Origin: a virus
Lineage: Duplodnaviria > Caudoviricetes
DNA length: 27,873 nucleotides
IMG/VR virus record: IMGVR_UViG_3300044768_000009
Coordinates: 1 to 27,873 of that record
Direction: 5' to 3' (one strand)
In this document: positions 1 to 7,272 of the stretch, in pieces
Numbering within the stretch: the first letter of the stretch is position 1
How the letters are laid out: each line of letters begins with the position of its first letter
Program-made: the position numbers and the translations under genes
The notes under the pieces: generated by a model
Seen by the model: the letters and a program-made list of their open reading frames with translations, nothing else
What the model was told of the DNA's origin: nothing
Databases searched by the model: none

Positions 1-247
1 ACTGCGGACTGTCGATATCGTCGGCTACCAACTCAATCTCGGCAGCCGCAACAAGATCACCCTGTCGCGCGTCGCGAGCGTGCCGATCGGCAAGGAGTGC
101 ATCCAGGCCATGTCGGTTACAGATCCATTCCGCACCGTGTACATCATCAAGGATCGGCTGTGGGCCGTGATGGACCCGAACCCAAAGAAGCCGGGGCAGT
201 TCTACACGCGGCCGAATCAGGTATGGGCGCGGTGCGAGGCGACATGA
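1..247 (+). CDS. Hypothetical phage protein, 5'-truncated (C-terminal ~81 aa)
   Basis: Frame 2 is open from the window edge (LRTVDIVGYQLNLG...WARCEAT*) and ends in TGA at 245-247, overlapping the next ATG (ATGA). Not in the ORF track. Confidence 0.6.
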   Translation, partial: LRTVDIVGYQLNLGSRNKITLSRVASVPIGKECIQAMSVTDPFRTVYIIKDRLWAVMDPNPKKPGQFYTRPNQVWARCEAT

Positions 248-498
248 GCGACTTAAAACTGCCGTTCGGCTCGAACAAGTGCAAATGCGATGCATGCGGA
301 GAATATTTCTTCAGTTCGGGTGCATTTGACCGGCATCGAACCGGTTCCTACACACAACGGCGCTGCTGGACGTACGAGGAGATGGTCGCTGACGGCATGA
401 CGATAACCGCCAGCGGATACTGGACTCATGGCGATAGTGCCGGTCTGAGGCAGAGGATCGGGGCTTCTGGCGTACATCGACAGGATGCCGTCACGTGA
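244..498 (+). CDS. Small zinc-finger protein, FDXHR-type (CxxC...FDRHR)
   Basis: CKCDACGEYFFSSGAFDRHRTG motif. ATG at 244 is coupled to the upstream stop and preferred over the track start at 97. Confidence 0.7.
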   Translation: MSDLKLPFGSNKCKCDACGEYFFSSGAFDRHRTGSYTQRRCWTYEEMVADGMTITASGYWTHGDSAGLRQRIGASGVHRQDAVT

Positions 499-538
499 CT
501 ATGCCCAAGGACTATGTCGTGGCGAAGTGCGCGCAGTC

Positions 539-901
539 ATGAGCGCTCCAGTTGTCGAGCGCTGCCGCTTCGAACCCGCGGATACTCAGCGGGAGAACGA
601 ACTGATCTGCGAGAAGCTGCTGGGGTGGATAGCTTGGCAGGAGCCGGGCGAATCCTTGGGATGGAAAAACCTCAAGGCTCATCCAGGCGAGATTCTTGAC
701 ACGCCAGACTTCTCCGATTGGGCCGAGGCCGGGCTGATCCTGGATGCGCTGAGTTCTGCTGATCCTACGCTGGGGCACTCCGAAGGCAAATGGGATTGTT
801 ATGGCGACGATCCTTACGAGAGCTTTTTCCACGCCTATGCTGACACCGGCCCGCTCGCGATCAGAGCCGCCGCCCTTGAGTACTTGAAGGCGCAGTCATG
901 A
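539..901 (+). CDS. Phage hypothetical protein, ABA-sandwich/BC1872-like
   Basis: Pattern ICEKLLGW...PDFSDWAEAGLILD...TGPLAIRAAAL. Start is 539 or 485. ATGA overlap with the next gene. Confidence 0.55.
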   Translation: MSAPVVERCRFEPADTQRENELICEKLLGWIAWQEPGESLGWKNLKAHPGEILDTPDFSDWAEAGLILDALSSADPTLGHSEGKWDCYGDDPYESFFHAYADTGPLAIRAAALEYLKAQS

Positions 902-1155
902 AGCCGCCCGTCTGCCAGTGCGCCAACAATTCAGACGATCCGGCGATCATCTGGCACCGGCGCGCATGGCGCTGCTATCGGTGCGCACGCCGAGTTTTCG
1001 AACCGAACCTGTCGATTCGTCGCGGCTTTGCCCAGAAATCCTACGAAGAGTGGGAAGCGGCGCACGCCATGACCAAGCGCGTCAACGACCTGTGCCGGCA
1101 GATGGTGCTGGGCCAAATCGTGAATAGGCTGGCGAAGTGCGAGCGCCGAGCATGA
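898..1155 (+). CDS. Hypothetical protein with putative Zn ribbon (CQC...CYRC)
   Basis: ATGA-coupled to the upstream gene; paired cysteines. Confidence 0.55.
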   Translation: MKPPVCQCANNSDDPAIIWHRRAWRCYRCARRVFEPNLSIRRGFAQKSYEEWEAAHAMTKRVNDLCRQMVLGQIVNRLAKCERRA

Positions 1156-1407
1156 CTAGATCTGCGCCCGAGCAAGTCGCCGAGCGGTTTTCAGCGCTGT
1201 CTTGGCGTGCGCCGTGGCATCAAACAAAGCGGCGTCGCCGGTCAGCCGCTCGTGCATCTCGCATATCGCCCGCGTCAGGGAACCGGTGGGGCCGCCGAAT
1301 TGCCCGCGGATCGCCTGAGCTTGCGCCGGTTCCAGGTGCACTAGATACGCTTCCTTACGCTCGTTGCCGACGATGGGGCGGCCACGCTTGGCTTTCTTGG
1401 ATTTCAT
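1156..1407 (-). CDS. Small DNA-binding protein, ribbon-helix-helix/antitoxin-like
   Basis: KRGRP followed by KEAYLVHLEP strand and two predicted helices. TAATG coupling to the upstream gene. Confidence 0.55.
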   Translation of the reverse strand: MKSKKAKRGRPIVGNERKEAYLVHLEPAQAQAIRGQFGGPTGSLTRAICEMHERLTGDAALFDATAHAKTALKTARRLARAQI

Positions 1408-1607
1408 TAGCGCGAGATGCCGCCGAGCACGCCGTAGTTATTCGCCGCGTGCGCGACGTCACGGGCGATCTGATCTGCCTTGCGCGCAGTGCCAGCGGGA
1501 CGCCCCTCGACCACGTATTCACGGTTGGCAGGAGCCCATTCGACATGCACGCCGTGGCGCTGCGTGATCTCTTTCGCGACGCGTTCAAATCGGTTCAGAT
1601 CATTCAT
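1407..1607 (-). CDS. Hypothetical 66-aa protein (MNDLNRFERV...)
   Basis: GGGAGA Shine-Dalgarno before ATG at 1607, downstream of a near-consensus promoter. Confidence 0.6.
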   Translation of the reverse strand: MNDLNRFERVAKEITQRHGVHVEWAPANREYVVEGRPAGTARKADQIARDVAHAANNYGVLGGISR

Positions 1608-1644
1608 CTTCGTTCTCCCGTGCTCGGTATTGAGCATGGGGGAG

Positions 1645-1673
1645 ATTATAGATATCGATATCGTATAATGCAA
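1645..1673 (-). promoter_or_regulatory. Sigma70 promoter TTGCAT-N17-TATAAT with overlapping palindromic operator
   Basis: Minus strand reads TTGCAT tatacgatatcgatatc TATAAT; the spacer is exactly 17 nt and contains the palindrome GATATCGATATC. Confidence 0.75.
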
Positions 1674-1699
1674 CTAAGTACTTATACCGAGCGCAGAGC

Positions 1700-1861
1700 A
1701 TGAACGCACTGCTCGACTCCATGCGCTACCCGCTCGCCCACGTCGTGCCCATGTCCGCCAAGGAGCAGCGCGTCATGATCAAGCGCGGCAAGCGCGTCCA
1801 CGGCGGGGACCGGCGATCTCAAGCGTATCGACAGGCGCGGTGGCAGGAGATGCGGGCGTGA
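1700..1861 (+). CDS. Hypothetical 53-aa protein (MNALLDSMRYP...HGGDRRS...EMRA)
   Basis: Translated by hand and absent from the track. Starts at the ATG inside the second direct repeat; its stop overlaps the GTG of the next gene (GTGA). Confidence 0.55.
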   Translation: MNALLDSMRYPLAHVVPMSAKEQRVMIKRGKRVHGGDRRSQAYRQARWQEMRA

Positions 1862-2298
1862 TTCGTGAGATGGATTCCGTCATGCGTCGGGCCATCGATG
1901 GCGAACTGAATCTGTGGGGCGCATGGCATGAGCGACACTCAGACTACGAAGGCTATCCATGTTGCGACAATATTCAGGCGTTTTTGAATGGCGCCGGCGG
2001 TGGAACGCCTGGGTCTAGGTCTCTATGTCTTGACATGCCAACGCACATTTATGCAGTGCATGGGCGCGTTTTGCTATTACCGGAGGCAGAGCGTGAGGCT
2101 GTCTACGTGTACTTTGCCTTTCGGCTTAAGCCGAATGGGCAGTATTGGACGGTCGAGGAGAAGTGCCGGATAGCCGGTATCCAAGAAGATTCGATGCGTC
2201 GTCGCCTTCGCCGTGCGCGGTACCGAATAGCAGGCATTCCCTTACCGGGCAGACGGGAATTGAAACAAGCACTTGCGGCCGTGTCCGTCGTGGGCTAG
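1858..2298 (+). CDS. Late-gene antitermination protein Q-like
   Basis: IDGELNLWGAW N-terminal motif and C-terminal HTH-like segment (EEKCRIAGI...RRRLRRARYRIAG). Last early gene before the late operon. Start 1858 (GTG, coupled) or 1840. Confidence 0.7.
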   Translation: MIREMDSVMRRAIDGELNLWGAWHERHSDYEGYPCCDNIQAFLNGAGGGTPGSRSLCLDMPTHIYAVHGRVLLLPEAEREAVYVYFAFRLKPNGQYWTVEEKCRIAGIQEDSMRRRLRRARYRIAGIPLPGRRELKQALAAVSVVG

Positions 2299-2329
2299 AT
2301 TCGTGCTCATCTGAGATTTCCAACTCAGT

Positions 2330-2354
2330 AAAGCCCCGCTCAGTGCGGGGTTTT
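2330..2354. terminator. Probably bidirectional intrinsic terminator
   Basis: AAAGCCCCGC-TCAGT-GCGGGGTTTT between convergent genes. Confidence 0.75.
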
Positions 2355-2363
2355 GCGTCCTTC

Positions 2364-2525
2364 CTATCGCAGTTTCGCCAGGGAACGCTTCACCTGATCG
2401 ACGTCGCGGTTGTATTGGGGCTGCGTCAGCGCGAGATGGCGCAACCGCTTAAGTTCGCGCTCCAGAAAGCGCTCATCGCTTGTGGTGAGGCGCGAGAAGA
2501 GACGGCGAAAGAACTCGCGGAGCAC
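2364..2525 (-). CDS. Possible 53-aa basic helical protein (MLREFFRRLFSRL...)
   Basis: GTG lies 2 nt after the methyltransferase stop and the ORF runs to the terminator. It is the 3' part of track ORF 2364..2870. Confidence 0.4.
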   Translation of the reverse strand: MLREFFRRLFSRLTTSDERFLERELKRLRHLALTQPQYNRDVDQVKRSLAKLR

Positions 2526-2527
2526 GG

Positions 2528-3205
2528 CTACCGCCCCATGATCCGCTTGTACCTGCCGAGCGTCATTTTCAGCAGATCCACGGTTGGCCTCGCCAGTCCC
2601 ACCGGCTGAAGCGCTAGCATGGCCATGTGAAAAGCGTTCCAGGCGGCGCGAGTTGCCAGTGATTTCTTCGGTAGCCGCGTCTGAATCAGCACGTTCATGA
2701 TCGTGTAGTCCGATCCCACGATGACATGGCGCTGTATCGGCCGGTAGCGGTCGAAAAACCCTTGAGTGATGTACGTCTTGTGCCGCTCCAGCTCGTTGCC
2801 GTAAGCGCCGTCCTGGAAGATGTCGTGCAGCGGGGCGACGATGATGATGTGGTCGAACTTGCGCATGCACAGTTCCAGGCAGCGATGAACCTCGCGCGGC
2901 GTCAAGTGCTCGATCACGTCGCCGAAGATTGCCACCGAGTACGGCGCGTTGTTGTTGTCGAGCCAGTCTTGCAATAGCGAATGGCTCACGCGGTCATAGA
3001 CGCCGCTTGATTGCAGCGCGTCGGCCGCGGGCCCAAAGCCCTCGACCGCTACTAGCGTGCATGCGTTGCCCAGTATCCTGCGTACAATCTCGCCGTTTTT
3101 TCCGTGGCCCGCGCCGAAATCCACTACGCTGGTAGGCGCGAGTTTTCGCAACTGTTCGACCAGCGCGAAGTCGCAAATATATTCACTGAGTCCGAACTGC
3201 GTCAT
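2528..3205 (-). CDS. Class I SAM-dependent methyltransferase (moron-like)
   Basis: Motif I VVDFGAGHGKNG, acidic AVEG after strand 2, GDVIEHL motif. Confidence 0.85.
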   Translation of the reverse strand: MTQFGLSEYICDFALVEQLRKLAPTSVVDFGAGHGKNGEIVRRILGNACTLVAVEGFGPAADALQSSGVYDRVSHSLLQDWLDNNNAPYSVAIFGDVIEHLTPREVHRCLELCMRKFDHIIIVAPLHDIFQDGAYGNELERHKTYITQGFFDRYRPIQRHVIVGSDYTIMNVLIQTRLPKKSLATRAAWNAFHMAMLALQPVGLARPTVDLLKMTLGRYKRIMGR

Positions 3206-3343
3206 GTTGCCCCGCCTGTTTTGTTATTTCATTGTCGATCGGCCGTCGTTCAGCGGCTGTGACAGGTTACCCGTTCGCAGGATGTATACCTGTATCGATG
3301 AGACTTAAGGCGGCGGATTAATCGTTTTCGCCCGTCCCCGCTT

Positions 3344-3368
3344 GCCGGCCCAGCGCCGGCTTTTTTTT
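3344..3368 (+). terminator. Strong intrinsic terminator, tR'-like, preceding the late operon
   Basis: GCCGGC-CCAGC-GCCGGC followed by T8. Confidence 0.8.
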
Positions 3369-3438
3369 GGAGATTGTCATTGCCGCTAGTCAGCATCGCT
3401 GGATCTGGCTCGCGGCTCCTATTGCAGGCCAATAGCTA

Positions 3439-4848
3439 GTGGGTGTGCTGATCCTTCGCTCATCGCTGTCTGATGAGCCCGCGACGTTCGATTTCTACAT
3501 CTCGCCGACAGGATCGGACAGCAATGACGGGCTGACGACATCCACGCCGTGGGCAATCACGGCCATCAATACCAAGCAGGCGACGTACTCGCCGACCACG
3601 ATGACCGGCGACGTGCGCATCGGCTTGATGAATGGTACCTGTGACATTTCAGGTTTCACACCGAAAACCGGCGGATACGATCCGATACTTCAGGTCAAAG
3701 GCGGAACTTCCGGTGGTTCCGTCGTCCTTGAGGCGGTGAATGATCGCCTCGCGGTCATCGACGCGACCGGCGGCGGCTTTATCGATTGCCCGATCATGGG
3801 CGACAACACCGCCTCGCGTCGTGGCTATATCCAGATTCGTGGCATCAAGTTCGTGGGCGGCGAGTCGAAAACAATCTCGCTAGGCGACAACGGCTCGGCT
3901 ACCCCGGACTACGCAGGCTATGTGTTGGAGGATAACGAGATCACCGGTATGGACTGCCGCGGAGTGGCGGGCGGCGGCAATTACAGTTGCGTCGAGATCC
4001 ATTCTTTCGACGGGCCTATCCTGCGAAACAACTACTGCCACGACAACATCGGGCACACGCTGAACAGCGCGGATCATTGGGCAAATTTTCAACTCTGGGC
4101 CGGACAGAACCCGACGGTTGAGTACAACACTCTTATCGCCGGCGCGGTGTACGGCAAGGCGTCGAACTGCACCGGGCACCTGATTCGGTACAACTACATC
4201 GATGTCAGTTCGTTGACCGCTGCCGCGTGCTCGGCACTGCAGGATTGCGCTGGCACCGATTCGACCACGACCGGCACAAGCATATTCGAGCACAACGTGC
4301 TGATCGGCTCGCAGAACGACATGCGCGAGACGACAGGAAGTTCTTACTTTCACCACGCCGCGATATTTCGGTTCAACACGATCGTCATCAAAACCGCATC
4401 CGCGTCGGGCGGCTTGCTACTGCGCGCCGGCGCCGGATTGCTCGACCACTACGGCAATATTTACTACGAGGAGAGCACAAGCGGCGACCGCGGGTTCGTT
4501 TGGATAAACGACGAAGCCGACAACGTGTTCGACTACAACCATTACTACAACGTCAGCGGTGACAAGGTGTGGAAGCAATTCCTTGCACCAGCCGACAACA
4601 ATCGCAACAGCTACACGACACTGGCCACATTTATCACCGGCATGGGCGGCGGCATCGATGCGAATAGCGCAGATAGCGGCGATCCGCTGTTCGTTGGCTC
4701 AGGAGCAGGTGCGTTGTTCTATCAACTGCAAGGGGGAAGTCCGTGCAAAGACTCCGGCAAGAGCAACGGCCTTTCTGGTGGCACTACCTGCGACAAAGGC
4801 GCGTGGGGCGGGGCGACTCCGCCGACTCGCATAGGGTGTGACTTCTAA
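3439..4848 (+). CDS. Right-handed parallel beta-helix protein (pectin-lyase-like fold), putative polysaccharide-binding/degrading protein
   Basis: N-cap FYISPTGSDSNDGLTTSTPW; Asn-ladder coils (ILRNNYCHDN, VEYNTL, IRYNYI, FEHNVL, FRFNTI); C-terminal GDPLFV...YQLQGGSPCKDSG...DKGAWG. No signal peptide evident. Confidence 0.8.
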   Translation: MGVLILRSSLSDEPATFDFYISPTGSDSNDGLTTSTPWAITAINTKQATYSPTTMTGDVRIGLMNGTCDISGFTPKTGGYDPILQVKGGTSGGSVVLEAVNDRLAVIDATGGGFIDCPIMGDNTASRRGYIQIRGIKFVGGESKTISLGDNGSATPDYAGYVLEDNEITGMDCRGVAGGGNYSCVEIHSFDGPILRNNYCHDNIGHTLNSADHWANFQLWAGQNPTVEYNTLIAGAVYGKASNCTGHLIRYNYIDVSSLTAAACSALQDCAGTDSTTTGTSIFEHNVLIGSQNDMRETTGSSYFHHAAIFRFNTIVIKTASASGGLLLRAGAGLLDHYGNIYYEESTSGDRGFVWINDEADNVFDYNHYYNVSGDKVWKQFLAPADNNRNSYTTLATFITGMGGGIDANSADSGDPLFVGSGAGALFYQLQGGSPCKDSGKSNGLSGGTTCDKGAWGGATPPTRIGCDF

Positions 4849-5462
4849 TGGCGTGGACAACGCAAAAATACATAAACCTGCGCGCGACACAGGCATATGT
4901 TACTGACGGCACGAACCAGACCAGCCTTAACGAGGACGATGTTGCCGGCGGCGTCTACCCGATCAGTGTCACCCTCGACAGCGACACGTTCAATATTGGC
5001 TTCACCGATCCCCCTCAGTATCGAGACCGCGACAGCGGCGCCGACGCGCGATTGGCCGGCATTGGTTTCGGAAACAATGACGGAGCCGGCGTTCGCGAAC
5101 TGCGAATCAATACGCCGGCTGCCAACATTGGCGTGAGATTGGCGTTCGGCGACCCAGCTGGCGACCACCCATATCAAGAATGGGCGATCTATAACGACAC
5201 TACACTGCTTGAAACGATTGTTGTGTCAACCAATACGCCTGCGACACAGTGGCGCGATGCGTTCGGCACTTTGCACACTAGCAACGCCAACTGGATAGCT
5301 AATAACGCCGAGAAGACCTACAACATCACGAGTGGGATTTTGTGGGTCAAATATTGCTCTGTCGCCGCACAGACCGATGTCACATGCCTGGCGACGGTGG
5401 GTTTTAGGCAGATCGCTACAGCGGGAAGTCCGAGAAATCTTCTCTTGCTAGGCGTTGGCTAG
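4848..5462 (+). CDS. Beta-rich hypothetical virion accessory protein with C-terminal LLLLGVG tail
   Basis: TAATG-coupled ORF of 204 aa ending PRNLLLLGVG*. Confidence 0.7.
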   Translation: MAWTTQKYINLRATQAYVTDGTNQTSLNEDDVAGGVYPISVTLDSDTFNIGFTDPPQYRDRDSGADARLAGIGFGNNDGAGVRELRINTPAANIGVRLAFGDPAGDHPYQEWAIYNDTTLLETIVVSTNTPATQWRDAFGTLHTSNANWIANNAEKTYNITSGILWVKYCSVAAQTDVTCLATVGFRQIATAGSPRNLLLLGVG

Positions 5463-5463
5463 T

Positions 5464-7257
5464 GTGGGCTTCCTGTTACTTCGATCTTCGGTCATCGAGG
5501 TAGCTACCGGCGAGACGACAGTCCCGTTTAAATTTTCACCCGGTCATTACATCCTGCTGCCCAGTACGACGGGCTCGTGGGCGATAGAGGATGACATGGT
5601 GGTCATGGCGCTCTATGAGAACGATCCGCGAATCAAGGGATACGTGAAGCGGATTCGATGGCGGCACCTTGAGACCAATACGCAGGGAGACTACAGCAAC
5701 GGAGATGCGTTGCTTGCAACGTACTTAGGTGCGCTCGGTTCGGGCCAGAGGCTGGTGCTGAGTGTGCTCACGCAGCTCTATGGCGGCGTGCCGGTAGCGG
5801 ATGCACATAGCCTGCTGCCCACGTACTTGGACAACATTGACGGCGGTCCGTACTTCTACGACGGCACAGGGGCTGACTGGGGCGGCGCCCAGAACATTCA
5901 AGCTCATCTGAATACTCCCGGCGGCATGGAGGCCCATATCAACCTGTTCGAGCATCTGGCGGGACTGCTCGATGACGACGATCGCTTCGAAATGATCTCG
6001 AAGGGCGAGACCGCCGTGAGTACGCCATCCGCGCTGGGCTGGAGTTACAGCGACTACAAAAACGAGTTGATTACCAATTTCATTCCTCGTGCACGCACTG
6101 CATGGACGCGGACGCCGATCCGGATCGGCGTGAACTACATGCAGACCCAGGCACATATGCAGGAGGTGATAGAGGCCATGGTGCCCTATCAAATATGCGG
6201 CGGCGGTCCGGATACGCTGCCCAGAAGCGCCAGGGTGATCTGGGGCAATGACATCTATCAGGGCCGCACGGGCAGCCCGACGAAAGATTATCGCGGACTG
6301 ATTCCATGGATCTCGCAAGTGGATCTCACTGAGGTAGGCGGATATCTCGGCAATTTCACGCCAGCCCAAATATGGGGCGATCCCGACTACGGTCACGATG
6401 CGCTCAGGCCCACGCATTGGTTTTGGTATTACAACCAGCCAGGCGCCGCGCCCGACAGCACGGCAGCGACGCAATTCAATTCGATGCTGGCGTGGATGGA
6501 ATCGCATCCACTCACGACAGAAAACACGACGAATCCTTACGGCTCTGGAGTGGCGCCTCCCGATCCTGACCCGGGCGGTCCGGGGCCGATTGAATATATT
6601 GCGACGGGATCGGTGGTGGAGGCGAACTACGCGCCCGTCACGGTGGCGTATGGAGCTACGCCGCAGGCGGGTGACTTAGGTCTGATCTTTGCGTTCATCC
6701 AGACCGGATCGGCGGGCAAGACGCTCGCTTGCAACAATGGCTTCACGCTGCTGGATAGCTTCGGCGCCAGCAGCCAACAGCCGATGTACGTGTTCGGCAA
6801 GATCCTGAGCGCCGCAGAGACGGGTGCGATTATCACGCCCAGCGGCGGGGCGTCGGGTAACGTGGTGCAGGCATTCACGGTCCTGCTGCGCAACACCGCA
6901 GGCCCGATTTCCTCTGTCGTGCATAGCTTTGCACACAAGTCCACGACGGGCGCCAGTCAGACCAATGCGATTCTGACGCCGGCATTGACGATGACACAGG
7001 ACGACTGCATCGCATTCCTTGCAGTGTCTTTTCAGCTGGATTCCACCGGGATGGGCACCTTCAATCCTGGAGGTGCGGGCGCATGGACACAGCGCAAGCA
7101 TCAGTCCACGACGACGGGAAATAACCAGTCGATTGCGCTGTATTCGAGCCTGCAGACGACTGCGGCAAACATTGCGGCATCAACGCTGGCTGTCACCGGC
7201 CAGGCAACGGGTGTTACGGCGCGAACGATTGCGATTTCGATCAAGGCAAGTGTTTAA
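5464..7257 (+). CDS. Two-domain protein: glycoside-hydrolase-like (TIM-barrel) N-domain, Pro-rich linker, C-terminal beta-sandwich
   Basis: KFSPGHY, RIRWRHLETNTQGDYS, GETA and GGPD segments resemble GH-type barrels; linker APPDPDPGGPGP; Thr/Ala/Ser-rich C-domain. GTG at 5464 preferred over TTG at 5455. Confidence 0.6.
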   Translation: MGFLLLRSSVIEVATGETTVPFKFSPGHYILLPSTTGSWAIEDDMVVMALYENDPRIKGYVKRIRWRHLETNTQGDYSNGDALLATYLGALGSGQRLVLSVLTQLYGGVPVADAHSLLPTYLDNIDGGPYFYDGTGADWGGAQNIQAHLNTPGGMEAHINLFEHLAGLLDDDDRFEMISKGETAVSTPSALGWSYSDYKNELITNFIPRARTAWTRTPIRIGVNYMQTQAHMQEVIEAMVPYQICGGGPDTLPRSARVIWGNDIYQGRTGSPTKDYRGLIPWISQVDLTEVGGYLGNFTPAQIWGDPDYGHDALRPTHWFWYYNQPGAAPDSTAATQFNSMLAWMESHPLTTENTTNPYGSGVAPPDPDPGGPGPIEYIATGSVVEANYAPVTVAYGATPQAGDLGLIFAFIQTGSAGKTLACNNGFTLLDSFGASSQQPMYVFGKILSAAETGAIITPSGGASGNVVQAFTVLLRNTAGPISSVVHSFAHKSTTGASQTNAILTPALTMTQDDCIAFLAVSFQLDSTGMGTFNPGGAGAWTQRKHQSTTTGNNQSIALYSSLQTTAANIAASTLAVTGQATGVTARTIAISIKASV

Positions 7258-7272
7258 GAGGTATTTGCAGCC

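Larger units (their letters stand above)
1140..1703. repeat. 16-bp imperfect direct repeat (1140-1155 and 1688-1703) flanking a divergent two-gene insert
   Basis: CGAGCGCCGAGCATGA vs CGAGCGCAGAGCATGA, one mismatch. Confidence 0.6.

Noticed and set aside
1137-1703. 188-aa + strand ORF spanning the insert
   Set aside because: Arg-rich and motif-free, antisense to two genes that have a promoter, SD and coupling.
3255-3295. Late promoter pR' (GTGACA...TATACC)
   Set aside because: Expected here by synteny, but the spacing is 20 nt and the match is weak, so it is not called.
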